Source of the DNA: an uncultured Bacillota bacterium
GTDB taxonomy: Bacteria > Bacillota > DTU025 > MWDF01
Assembly: GCA_963823655.1 (NCBI GenBank)
Contig: CAWGMK010000006.1
Location: 64,001 to 128,000, forward strand
Length of the DNA: 64,000 bases
Direction of reading: 5' to 3'
Shown one piece after another: positions 41,447 through 50,939 of the stretch. The translations under genes and the position numbers were made by a program. Each line of letters opens with the position of its first letter. Positions within the stretch are counted from its first letter, which is position 1. Under the pieces are notes generated by a model, which ran no database searches, had not been told where the DNA came from, and was given only the letters and a program-made list of their open reading frames with translations.

Positions 41447-42496
41447 TTGAAAAGGCGGAGGGCGGCCGGTCCCATTATTCTGATGTGCATACTTTCCGCA
41501 GCGGTTATACTGCTGTCGGCCTCTGTCGGCACGGTCAGGGTACCCGTGCCTGAGGCGCTGAAGGCTCTGCTTGGCATATTGCCGGAGGGCTTGAAGTCTT
41601 TATTGGGTATAGGGGAAGCCGATGCGTCCTTCACGATGATCATCCTGCAAGTGAGGATGCCCAGGATAATGCTGGGCTTTGCGGTCGGAGCGGCCCTTGG
41701 AGCGGCAGGAGCCTGTTACCAGGGCCTTCTGGCGAATCCGCTGGCGGACCCATACATCATCGGAGTATCGTCCGGGGCGGCATTTGGAGCTAGCATCGGA
41801 ATAGTAATCACTTCCGGCAGCATGGCGGCTTTTGGTGCTTCCATTCCGCTTTTCGCTTTCCTCGGAGCACTTTCCGCCATGCTCATCGTGATGGCCCTCG
41901 CGCAGGTAAAGGGCAGGATTCCGCCTGAGGGCCTGCTTCTGTCGGGAGTTGTCGTAGGCTCATTCATCTGGGCCATGGTGTCGTTTACGATGCTGGCCGC
42001 AGGAGAGGACCTGCCCAAGGTCATGATGTGGCTTATGGGATCCCTCTCCTCCAGGAATTGGGGCCACTTTCTCATGTCAGCGCCCTATATCTTAGCGGGA
42101 ATTGTGGCGCTCATGTTCATGGCGAGGGGCCTTAATCTCATATCCATGGGAGAGGAGCAGGCGAGGTTCATGGGCTTAGGCGTCGAAGGGTTCAAGAAAC
42201 TTGTAATAATTGCCTGCTCGCTGGTTACTTCCGCTGCTGTCGGGGTATCGGGGATCATAGGCTTCGTCGGCCTTATAGTCCCTCATATGGCAAGGTACGC
42301 GGTAGGCCCGGACCACAGAGTGCTGATCCCCGTTTCTGCTCTTGGCGGCGGCATCCTGCTTGTTGCGGCAGATACTGTGGCAAGGACCGTCATATCGCCG
42401 GCAGAGCTACCCGTAGGCACAGTGACAGCTCTTGTAGGAGCCCCGTTCTTCTTCTACCTTCTCAGGCGCTCGAAGGCAGGAAGGGGGCGTGACTGA
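41447..42496 (+). CDS. btuC: Cobalamin ABC permease
   Basis: RMPRI, NPLADPYIIGVSSGA, IGFVGLIVPH, GAPFFFYLL. Confidence 0.92.
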   Translation: MKRRRAAGPIILMCILSAAVILLSASVGTVRVPVPEALKALLGILPEGLKSLLGIGEADASFTMIILQVRMPRIMLGFAVGAALGAAGACYQGLLANPLADPYIIGVSSGAAFGASIGIVITSGSMAAFGASIPLFAFLGALSAMLIVMALAQVKGRIPPEGLLLSGVVVGSFIWAMVSFTMLAAGEDLPKVMMWLMGSLSSRNWGHFLMSAPYILAGIVALMFMARGLNLISMGEEQARFMGLGVEGFKKLVIIACSLVTSAAVGVSGIIGFVGLIVPHMARYAVGPDHRVLIPVSALGGGILLVAADTVARTVISPAELPVGTVTALVGAPFFFYLLRRSKAGRGRD

Positions 42497-43278
42497 TGAG
42501 GATTGAGATAAGTGGCATTTGCTATTCCTATGAGGGCAAGAATGCTTTGGAGAAAGTGACGGCCCAAGTGCCATCCGGCAGTTTCACCGGGATAATAGGA
42601 CCCAACGGCTCCGGCAAGAGCACATTGCTTAGGATTTTGGGATCCGTTTTACGCCCCTTTAAGGGTAAGGTCCTTTATGACGGGACGGATATTGCCTTAA
42701 TGCCGCCATTGCACAGGGCAAGGCTTGTGGGAGCGGTACTCCAGGATTCCGGCGCGCAGTTCGGCTTCACCGTAAGGGAAGTCGTTGAGATGGGCCGGTT
42801 CCCGTACAGGGGGTTGTTCGGGAAGACCGACGGTTCGGATAGCGCCGCTGTGGAAGAGGCGATGGATAAAGCCGGCGTGCTGCAGTTCTCCGAAAGGCCC
42901 GTAACAGCCCTCTCTTCTGGCGAGCGCCAGCGGGCATACATAGCAAGGGCCCTGGCGCAGCAGCCGAAGGTCCTGCTCTTGGATGAACCGACGTCCCACC
43001 TGGACATATCCTACCAGCTGGAGGTTATGCAGATGCTGAAGATGCTCTCATCCTCCGGAACAACGGTCGTAATAGTGATGCATGACTTGAACCTTGCCGG
43101 CTTGTACTGCGACAGGCTCATCGCCATGAAGGACGGGGAAGTAGTCGCGCAAGGCGGGCCCGATATGGTCCTTACCGCTAAGAACATCATGGAAATCTAC
43201 GGTGTGAAGGCGCTGGTGGAAAACCACCCCGCCACTTCAAGGCCCCTAATTATTACGATGAGCCCGAGCAAGAATTGA
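42496..43278 (+). CDS. btuD: Cobalamin ABC ATPase
   Basis: GPNGSGKST, LSSGERQR, LDEPTSHLD, HDLNLA. Confidence 0.92.
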   Translation: MRIEISGICYSYEGKNALEKVTAQVPSGSFTGIIGPNGSGKSTLLRILGSVLRPFKGKVLYDGTDIALMPPLHRARLVGAVLQDSGAQFGFTVREVVEMGRFPYRGLFGKTDGSDSAAVEEAMDKAGVLQFSERPVTALSSGERQRAYIARALAQQPKVLLLDEPTSHLDISYQLEVMQMLKMLSSSGTTVVIVMHDLNLAGLYCDRLIAMKDGEVVAQGGPDMVLTAKNIMEIYGVKALVENHPATSRPLIITMSPSKN

Positions 43279-43309
43279 CAAAATCCGTCTCATATCAGGA
43301 ATCGGCTTT

Positions 43310-44269
43310 TTAACTGGGGATTCCTCCTAGTATCTTCAACACCTGGCTTGGACCGACGCTTCCTCCCGATATTATGAAGCACACTTTATCTTCGCGCCTG
43401 ACCTTCAGATCCCCCTGCAAAGCAGCGCCTATACCTACGGCCGAAGAGGGTTCAGCAAGCAGCCTGCCCTCGAAAAGGAGCGCTTTCATCCCGAGTATTA
43501 TGAACTCGTCCTTTACTGCTACGAGATCGTCTACATTGCTCTGGAAAATCGGAAAGTTCTTCTCTCCGGGCTGAAGGGTCAGAAGCGCGTCCGCGATGCA
43601 AGGGCTCTCCTCTATGACCACGCGCCTTCCTGCAGCTACGCTCTTCGTATAGCGGGGCATCGCAGCAGGTTCCGCGCCTATTACTTTCACTTTCGGGTTG
43701 ATGGCCTTTACAGCTGTGGAGATGCCGCCTATGAGCCCGCCGCCGCCGATGGGCACTACGACGCAGTCCAGGTCGGGAAGGGCCGCCATGATCTCCATGC
43801 CGACTGTGCCCTGCCCTGCTATCACGTCATAATCGTCATACGGGTGGATTATCGTAAGCCCCTGCTGCTCGCTAAGCTGCTTGGCTAACACATGGCGCTC
43901 CGAGAGCTTGCACTTCACAACTTTCGCTCCCAGGGCGAGTATGCCGTCGACTTTGATTTGCGGGGCCGTATCAGGAATGACTATGGTCGCCTTGACTCCC
44001 ATCAGACGAGCCGCGAAGGCGACGCCCTTGCCGTGATTTCCGGAGGATGCCGCGACTACTCCGCCTTTGAGCTTTTCAGGGCCCATGGACAGCATCTTGT
44101 TGAGCGCGCCGCGGATCTTGAAGGAATTCGTCCTTTGCAGGCACTCCGCCTTCACATATACCGTGCAGCCCAAATGTTCATCGAGGTTTTCCATCCTGAT
44201 CAGGGGGGTCTCAAGGACGTGGGGCGCAATCCTCGCCTTTGCTTCCTGGATGTCCTTCAAAGTAACCAT
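43310..44269 (-). CDS. PLP-dependent threonine/serine dehydratase (short, no ACT domain)
   Basis: SFKIRGA, ASSGNHG, PIGGGGL, EPSSA; AGGAGG before the ATG at 44269. Confidence 0.88.
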   Translation of the reverse strand: MVTLKDIQEAKARIAPHVLETPLIRMENLDEHLGCTVYVKAECLQRTNSFKIRGALNKMLSMGPEKLKGGVVAASSGNHGKGVAFAARLMGVKATIVIPDTAPQIKVDGILALGAKVVKCKLSERHVLAKQLSEQQGLTIIHPYDDYDVIAGQGTVGMEIMAALPDLDCVVVPIGGGGLIGGISTAVKAINPKVKVIGAEPAAMPRYTKSVAAGRRVVIEESPCIADALLTLQPGEKNFPIFQSNVDDLVAVKDEFIILGMKALLFEGRLLAEPSSAVGIGAALQGDLKVRREDKVCFIISGGSVGPSQVLKILGGIPS

Positions 44270-44499
44270 ATTGTCCTCCTGCATCGATTTTCTTAAAAGT
44301 TGGTGCATCAGGCCGACATGCTTTGAGTTAAGTCTATCCTAAAGGCCAGGATTTGTGAATTTGTGCTTTTATTTGCGCCGACCCCGCTTTTAGAGTGAGG
44401 CAGAAACTGCCCGTTTCGTTAAATGATTAGGAGGTGGAGGTGGAAGATGGGCGCCATTGAATTATAATAGACAAAAGAATACCTGTGGAGGTTATGCGT

Positions 44500-45102
44500 T
44501 TGAAAAGCGCAAAGGGCAGGATAGAGGACGCTTGCGTCCAAGTATATACGGGCAATGGCAAGGGAAAGACAACAGCGGCCTTGGGGCTTGCACTTAGGGC
44601 TGCGGGACACGGCTACAGGGTAAGGATAATACAGTTCATGAAGGGCTCGACATATTACGGCGAGCTCTATTCGGTAGAGAAGCTTGCCCCCGAGGTGGAG
44701 ATATACCAGTTCGGAAGGGGCTGCAGGATACAAGACGCGATCAAAGAGGGCAGCTTGAAATGCGACGGCTGCATGGAATGCTTCGTGTCAAAGGGCTCCG
44801 AGACGAGGACTGACCTTGAGCTCGCTGCCGAAGCTTATGTGCTCGCGCTCAGGACGCTCAAGCATGCCGAGGCCGACATTGTGGTTCTCGATGAACTTAC
44901 GAACGCAATCTACTTCGGCCTGCTGACCGAGGATGACTGCGTGAAGCTTATTAGATCAAGGGCCAAGGGCGTGGAAGTCATAATAACAGGCAGGAACGCC
45001 CCTGAGCAGATATTAGCCGAAGCGGACCTCGTCACCGAGATGAAGATGATCAAGCACCCCTTCGAGAAGGGCATACAGGCAAGAAGGGGCATAGAATATT
45101 GA
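44500..45102 (+). CDS. cobO: Cob(I)alamin adenosyltransferase (CobO/BtuR) with a Cys-rich insert
   Basis: YTGNGKGKTTAALG, QFMKG, LDE, TGR, KHPF..GI.ARRGIEY. Confidence 0.92.
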   Translation: MKSAKGRIEDACVQVYTGNGKGKTTAALGLALRAAGHGYRVRIIQFMKGSTYYGELYSVEKLAPEVEIYQFGRGCRIQDAIKEGSLKCDGCMECFVSKGSETRTDLELAAEAYVLALRTLKHAEADIVVLDELTNAIYFGLLTEDDCVKLIRSRAKGVEVIITGRNAPEQILAEADLVTEMKMIKHPFEKGIQARRGIEY

Positions 45103-45147
45103 TTTTGAGCGGACTTCGTTTTAGCCCGCCTAATTGGGGGAGATCGA

Positions 45148-46296
45148 ATGGGATATTACGATAAGGAGGAACAGGGCAGAAGGCCCGGTTTCCTGGGATA
45201 TTTCATAGCGTCATTGGCCGGCGTCATAGTAGGCGCGGTGCTCGTCGGAGCGCTGCTTCTGAGCCTTCCGATATTGAAGGGCAGCACAAGCACGCAAGTA
45301 GAGGGCGGCCCAACGGTTACGACCAGTTCAGGCCTTTTAACTCCGAACAGCGACTCTATCTTGAGCCCGGTCGCGGATGTAGCCGAGACGGTGGGCCCGT
45401 CTGTAGTCAAGGTGTCGACTAAGCAGCAGGAGGTAGTCTACTCTTTCTTCGCAATACCTATGGTTCAGGAGACCGAAGGGATGGGATCCGGCGTTATCAT
45501 CTCATCCGACGGGTACATAGTGACCAACGCCCATGTGGTAAGCAATGTCACCGAGGCGAAAGTCACTCTAAACGACGGCCGCGAGTTCGAAGCTAAAGTC
45601 GTCGGTTCGGACCAATACACGGACATAGCCGTGCTTAAAGTGGAAGCTACCGGGCTGCCGGCCGCCAAGCTGGCAGATTCCGATTACATCAGGGTGGGGG
45701 AGCTTGCGGTGGCGATAGGCAATCCGTATGGCTTCGACCACACGGTAAGCGCCGGCGTTATATCGGCATTGAACAGGTCTCTTGAGATGGACAACGGCAT
45801 AACAATGGCTGGGGTAATTCAGACCGATGCCCCGATCAACCCCGGCAACTCCGGAGGGGCCCTCGTTTCATCCGAAGGCCTGGTAATCGGCATCAACACA
45901 GCAATATATGAGGAGGCCCAGAACATCGGCTTCGCAATACCGATAAAAGATGCGATGGAGGCGGCCGACGAGATAATACAGTACGGCAAGGTAAGAAGGG
46001 CTTACATAGGCCTTGCTGAATACATCGACCTTAACGAGGATATAGCCGCCCGCTACGGGCTGGACAGCGAAACCGGCGTAATGGTCTACAGCGTTGACAG
46101 GACCGGGCCATTGGCCGTTGCCGGGCTCGTAAGGGGCGATATCATAGTGGAGATGAACGGCAAGGCAATCACCTCGGGCGCCGAGATAAGAGACTTCCTT
46201 GCCAAGGCCGCCATTGGCAGCAAGATGTCGATTGCCTACCTCGACAGTGCCGGCAAACAGAAGTCCGTCGAGCTAACTCTGGTGGAGATGCCGTAA
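45148..46296 (+). CDS. htrA: HtrA/DegP serine protease with PDZ domain
   Basis: TM anchor, TNAHVV, DIAVL, IQTDAPINPGNSGG. Confidence 0.93.
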   Translation: MGYYDKEEQGRRPGFLGYFIASLAGVIVGAVLVGALLLSLPILKGSTSTQVEGGPTVTTSSGLLTPNSDSILSPVADVAETVGPSVVKVSTKQQEVVYSFFAIPMVQETEGMGSGVIISSDGYIVTNAHVVSNVTEAKVTLNDGREFEAKVVGSDQYTDIAVLKVEATGLPAAKLADSDYIRVGELAVAIGNPYGFDHTVSAGVISALNRSLEMDNGITMAGVIQTDAPINPGNSGGALVSSEGLVIGINTAIYEEAQNIGFAIPIKDAMEAADEIIQYGKVRRAYIGLAEYIDLNEDIAARYGLDSETGVMVYSVDRTGPLAVAGLVRGDIIVEMNGKAITSGAEIRDFLAKAAIGSKMSIAYLDSAGKQKSVELTLVEMP

Positions 46297-46311
46297 TACT
46301 AAGGAGGCTAA

Positions 46312-47128
46312 ATGGAGACTGGGCTCAGCTTTCGCATAATCAACTACCCTTTCATGGGCACCGATATAAATACCGAGAGGCTAATGCTCATGGCCAAGCT
46401 CTGCTATACCCCTATCGGCTCCGCGAGCATGGCGGGGATGGTATACGGAGAGGATAACGGCATATCAGATGAGGAGGCCGGCCGCTTCGTAAGGGGCCTC
46501 ATATCTTCAGGGCACATGGGGGCGCTCGAGCATTGGTACACGAGCTTCGCGGTAGAGGGCTACTCAAGGGTATCCAGCCAGCAGAACGACAGGCACAGGA
46601 TAATGAAGATGTTCAAGGACCACGGCTGCGCAGTCGGCTATTTCAGCGATCCTGAGCAGGGCTCCGCCGATACTTCCCAGTTGCAGCAATCGCAAAGATA
46701 CGTCAAGGAGCAGGACTTCAACTTCGTGGTCCCTCCCAGCATAAAGGCCAATCCGGAGGCTTATGAGAGGTTCTTGAAGCTTCAGAAGGCAGGTTCAGGC
46801 CTTCCAGGATTACGGCCTCAACGAGGCGGGCTTACCTGCCGAGGATGTGAGGTTCGCCCTGACAAACGCCACCGAGACCAGGTTCGTGATCACAACGAAC
46901 GCAAGGCAGCTCAGGCACATGTTCAACTTGAGATGCTGCGAAAGGGCACAGTGGGAGATCAGGGCGCTTTTCAAGGGCCTGCTGGCAGAATACAGGAAGA
47001 TCGCACCCAATATTTTCTGGCGTACGGGGGCCTCATGCGAGGAGCTGGGCTACTGCCCCGAAGGCAGCTTGTCCTGCGGCAAAGCGCCCACCTTGAAGAA
47101 ACTCAGGGAGATGGCGGGCATCAAATAA
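46312..47128 (+). CDS. thyX: FAD-dependent thymidylate synthase; frameshift near 46790
   Basis: GHMGALEH, RHR...QQSQRYV; shifted frame gives EDVRFAL, NARQLRH, LRCCERAQWEIR. Confidence 0.88.
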
Positions 47129-47141
47129 ACAGAGGGCTCAC

Positions 47142-48482
47142 ATGAAAGAGAATTCGCCGCTCATCGAAACGGCCCTTTCCGGTCAGCCTGCGAAGGCCGC
47201 ACCGGAAAGCCTAAGGCGCAGGAATTTGCGCAACAATTACAAATGGGCTGTAACTGACGGCATACTAGCTTATGTCTCCAGCGGCATGGTCCCGCCTTTC
47301 ATCGCCATCATGGCCCTGTCATATGGGGCCAGCAGCATCGGCCTTTCGATGCTTAGCCTGCTGCCGTCGCTTTTCAATACCCTGCTTTTCCTGCCTTTCG
47401 CCTCCCTTGCCGAAAGAGACGGGGGAGTCAAGCGGCTTGTTTTGCTCTCGGGCTATATAACAAGGTCGGTCTTCCTTCTAATGGCGTTCATCCCCTTCAT
47501 GCCTGCGGCATACAGGACGGGCCTTCTAATCGGCCTCAACGCCATGCAGGCCATTCCGGCAGTCCTATATTTGATAGTCTGGACCGACATGATGGGAGGC
47601 TCCTTCCCTCAAAGCGAGTGGGGGGCGGTCTTTTCAAGGCGCAACGCATATGCGAACTTCGCAGCTGTCGTGGGCACCCTTTCGGCGGGTTTCCTCATAG
47701 ACTGGCTGCCCGAAGGTTGGGGCTATTTCACCATTTTCATCATATCCGGCATTACCGGCCTTCTTTCCATCTATGCCCTTCAGCAGCTGAAGGAAGTGCC
47801 CACCTTGCATAAGCCCGCAAGGAAGCTGTCGCCTTTCAAAAGGCTCGCAATTCCTTTCTCCGACAAGGTGCTTGGCCGCAAGTTCGCCTACTTCTCATTG
47901 GGCCTGTTCCTGTACAACCTCGGCATATTCCTGTCGGGCCCTGCCTTCACCATTTTCTATGTGAAGGAGTTGGGGCTTTCCAAGGGAGTGATCAGCCTTC
48001 TTGTCACGACGGGCACCCTCTTTGTGGTAATAGCCTCCCCGTTCTGGGGGAAAGTGTCGAAGAAGAGGGGCAATGCACTCGTCTTCGCATATTCCACCAT
48101 CTGGCAGGCCCTCTTCCCATACTTCTTCTACTTGTCCGGGCACGACATCTACATGATGTTCGCCTGGCAGGCGATATTGGGCTTTGGCGTTGCCGGATAC
48201 AACCTCTCCATGTTCAATCTCGGGCTGGAGTATGTGGATGAGTCAGAGAGGCCGAACGGCATTGCAGTGACCAACACGGTAATCTTCTCCGCAGCGGCGA
48301 TCGGCTCGCTCATTGCAGGCCCTCTGACCAGCAAGTTTGGCATCGGGACGGCGTTTCTGGCGTCCACTATCGTGCGCCTTACGGGCTGGGCAGTATTCCT
48401 CGCTGTTTTTGAGCCGGCGAAGTTGATGGGGAAGGTATTGGGCAGGTTCGAGTCGAAGAATACAAGCAGGAGAAAGCAGTAA
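47142..48482 (+). CDS. MFS transporter
   Basis: About 12 hydrophobic helices in two halves; WGKVSKKRG loop. Confidence 0.8.
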   Translation: MKENSPLIETALSGQPAKAAPESLRRRNLRNNYKWAVTDGILAYVSSGMVPPFIAIMALSYGASSIGLSMLSLLPSLFNTLLFLPFASLAERDGGVKRLVLLSGYITRSVFLLMAFIPFMPAAYRTGLLIGLNAMQAIPAVLYLIVWTDMMGGSFPQSEWGAVFSRRNAYANFAAVVGTLSAGFLIDWLPEGWGYFTIFIISGITGLLSIYALQQLKEVPTLHKPARKLSPFKRLAIPFSDKVLGRKFAYFSLGLFLYNLGIFLSGPAFTIFYVKELGLSKGVISLLVTTGTLFVVIASPFWGKVSKKRGNALVFAYSTIWQALFPYFFYLSGHDIYMMFAWQAILGFGVAGYNLSMFNLGLEYVDESERPNGIAVTNTVIFSAAAIGSLIAGPLTSKFGIGTAFLASTIVRLTGWAVFLAVFEPAKLMGKVLGRFESKNTSRRKQ

Positions 48483-48523
48483 ATTTTCCTGGACTTACGG
48501 AAGTTTGAGGAGGTGGCAAGCCC

Positions 48524-48850
48524 ATGAAGCTCATTGTGGCAATCGTAAGGGACGACACCATGAGGGCACTAAACGAGATACTGACCGATGCGGGCTACAT
48601 GTTCACTAAGGTGGCCAGCAGCGGGGGATTCCTCAAACTCGGCAATACGACGCTTCTTATGGGAGTCGATGACGAGAAGGTCGAAGAGGTCATCTCGATG
48701 ATAAAGGACTGCTGCACCACAAGACAGGAGTACATGTCGTTGGGAGTGCCGATACCGTCGCAGGGGGGATTCATACCGCCGCCCGTGAAAGTGGCGCATG
48801 GGGGCGCAACTGTGTTCGTGATGAATGTTGAGAGCTTTACAAAAGTCTAA
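48524..48850 (+). CDS. darA: Cyclic-di-AMP receptor (PII-like DarA/PstA)
   Basis: MKLIVAIV, TKVASSGGFLKLGNTTLLMG, GGATVFV. Confidence 0.92.
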   Translation: MKLIVAIVRDDTMRALNEILTDAGYMFTKVASSGGFLKLGNTTLLMGVDDEKVEEVISMIKDCCTTRQEYMSLGVPIPSQGGFIPPPVKVAHGGATVFVMNVESFTKV

Positions 48851-48872
48851 TGAAGCGAATAATGAAGCTGAA

Positions 48873-48905
48873 AAGGGCGCGGTGCTGATAAGGTACCGCG
48901 CCCTT
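48873..48905 (+). terminator. Terminator
   Basis: AAGGGCGCGGTGC...GTACCGCGCCCTT stem. Confidence 0.65.
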
Positions 48906-48935
48906 AGGGTATCGAAATTAAAACAGGTTTTCTTA

Positions 48936-48953
48936 TTGTGATGCCCTTCACAA
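48936..48953. promoter_or_regulatory. Rex operator
   Basis: TTGTGA-TGCCCT-TCACAA, an 18-bp match to the Rex box TTGTGAA-N4-TTCACAA, directly upstream of the hydrogenase cluster. Confidence 0.8.
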
Positions 48954-48994
48954 GTAAGTATACTTTATTGGGTATTGAAACCGGGGGAATGAGG

Positions 48995-49237
48995 ATGAAG
49001 ACAGTAAAAGTATGTGTTGGGAGCGCCTGCCATATAAAAGGCGCCCCGGAAGTGATCGAACTGTACAAGAAGCTGATAGCGGAGAACTCCCTTCAGTGCG
49101 AAGTCGTCCTGAAGGGCTGCTTCTGCCTTCAAAACTGCGCCGACGGAGTCTCTGTGGACATTGACGGCGAAATATTCGGAGGGTTAAGCATCCAAGAGGC
49201 GGAAGAGAAGTTCCGCCTTCTTCTGATGGGAGCGTGA
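48995..49237 (+). CDS. Thioredoxin-like [2Fe-2S] protein (HfsA-like)
   Basis: VCVGSACHIKGA and GCFCLQNC. Confidence 0.85.
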   Translation: MKTVKVCVGSACHIKGAPEVIELYKKLIAENSLQCEVVLKGCFCLQNCADGVSVDIDGEIFGGLSIQEAEEKFRLLLMGA

Positions 49238-49244
49238 GCGCCTT

Positions 49245-50939
49245 ATGCCGGCGATACTAACAGTACCGTCCGACTGCCGCGACTGCTATAAGTGCGTAAG
49301 GCACTGCCCTGTGAAGGCGATTAGAGTCGAAGGCAACCACACGGAGATAGACGAGCTGCTTTGCTTGACTTGCGGGGAATGCGTAAACGTCTGCCCTCAG
49401 CACGCCAAGATCGTCAGGGATGACAGGCAGGCCGTTCTGGATGCGCTCGCATCGGGCAAGAAGCTCGTGCTCTCGCTTGCCCCGTCATTCGCCTCCTCGT
49501 TTTCGAAGGAGGACGCGCCAAAGCTTATAGGCGCCGCCAAGCGCTTCGGCTTCTCATACATTTCGGAGACCTCGTCTGCGGCAGGGGCGGTGGCCATTGC
49601 GCACGCAAGATATGCAGATGAATTGGGCATCAGGCCGGTAATAGCGTCAGCATGCCCGGTGGTAGTGAACCTTGTTGAGAAGTACTATCCACACGCGGTA
49701 GGAAACCTCGCGCCTGTCGCCTCACCCATGATCGCCCACCTGAGGTGGCTGAAGGACAAGTTCGGCAAGGACTGCTTCACAGTTTTCGCAGGTCCCTGCA
49801 TCGCTAAGAAGCAGGAGGCCGAAAGGCCTGAGTACAAGGGGCTTGCAGATGCAGTGCTGACCTTCCAGGAGCTGCTGTCGGTCTTTTCCAAGCGCGGCAT
49901 AGAAGTAGGCGCATGCCTTCCTGTGAATGCAGACAACTCATCCCTTTCACACAAGGCGGCCAGGTCCTTCCCTCTTGAGGGGGGGCTCATTGACGCTGCG
50001 GGCAAAGGCGCCCTTAGGGATATCTCACTTACCGGAATCGAAGACTGCCGCGAGGCCCTGGAGCATCTGGAGGACTACTCAGATGTGAGGATACTGGAGC
50101 TTATGGCCTGCAGGGGCGGCTGCATATGCGGCTCAGCGGCGATGGAGGGGGCCGGCTGCTACAGAAGGCAGAGGCTTCTTGAGCAGTATTTGGGCATTAT
50201 GGGAGAAGCCGGCGCAGAAGATCCCTCAAGCTATGATACTTTAGCCTCTTACCAGGCCAAGGACGCGAGATGGCCCGAAGCCGACGAGGCGGAAATCGTA
50301 AAAGTGCTGGCCCTAACAGGCAAGTACAAGGCGGAGGATGAGCTCAACTGCGGGGCTTGTGGCTACTACAGCTGCAGGGAGAAGGCGAAGGCGGTAATTA
50401 GAGGTCTTGCGGAGCCTGAGATGTGCATGCCCTATATGAAGTCCAGGGCTGAGACCATGGGCAACCTGGTCGTCAACGAGACCCCCAACGGGATAATAGG
50501 GGTGAAGCCCGATTTGACTGTGGTTATGACCAATCCTGCGCTGTGCAGGCTTACCGGCTTGTCCGCCGACCAGCTTGTCGGCCGCATACTGCCTGACATC
50601 TTCGAGAGGGAGCCCTTCCTTGACGTGTTCGTCTCAAGGACGACCCTTATCAGGGAAGCGAAGGCCAACGCCGGCATACCGCGCTCCAAGGAGGCCTACT
50701 TCCATCTCCAGTCGAAGGACATGGTGGTCCTGCTCGTATCCGACCTTTCCGCAGAGCACAAGGACAAGGAGGCGCTCTCCAAAGTCAGGCGCGAGACCGC
50801 CGAGAAGGCAGGGCGCGTGATAGACAACCAGATCAGAGTCGCCCAGCAGGTGGCGGGCTTGATGGGAGAGGCGGCGGCCGAGACCAAGGTGCTGCTCTCA
50901 AAGCTTATCAAGCAGATGGAAGAGGGGTCGGATAAGTAA
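49245..50939 (+). CDS. hydS: Sensory group C [FeFe]-hydrogenase with FeS and PAS domains (HydS/HfsB)
   Basis: 2x[4Fe-4S]; divergent H-cluster motifs ASACP, GPCIAKK and ELMACRGGC; CGACGYYSC; PAS region. Confidence 0.88.
   Translation: MPAILTVPSDCRDCYKCVRHCPVKAIRVEGNHTEIDELLCLTCGECVNVCPQHAKIVRDDRQAVLDALASGKKLVLSLAPSFASSFSKEDAPKLIGAAKRFGFSYISETSSAAGAVAIAHARYADELGIRPVIASACPVVVNLVEKYYPHAVGNLAPVASPMIAHLRWLKDKFGKDCFTVFAGPCIAKKQEAERPEYKGLADAVLTFQELLSVFSKRGIEVGACLPVNADNSSLSHKAARSFPLEGGLIDAAGKGALRDISLTGIEDCREALEHLEDYSDVRILELMACRGGCICGSAAMEGAGCYRRQRLLEQYLGIMGEAGAEDPSSYDTLASYQAKDARWPEADEAEIVKVLALTGKYKAEDELNCGACGYYSCREKAKAVIRGLAEPEMCMPYMKSRAETMGNLVVNETPNGIIGVKPDLTVVMTNPALCRLTGLSADQLVGRILPDIFEREPFLDVFVSRTTLIREAKANAGIPRSKEAYFHLQSKDMVVLLVSDLSAEHKDKEALSKVRRETAEKAGRVIDNQIRVAQQVAGLMGEAAAETKVLLSKLIKQMEEGSDK

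Noticed and set aside
46603-46671. thyX insert as an intein or intron
   Set aside because: Only 23 aa; no Cys/Ser start or His-Asn end; no intron structure.
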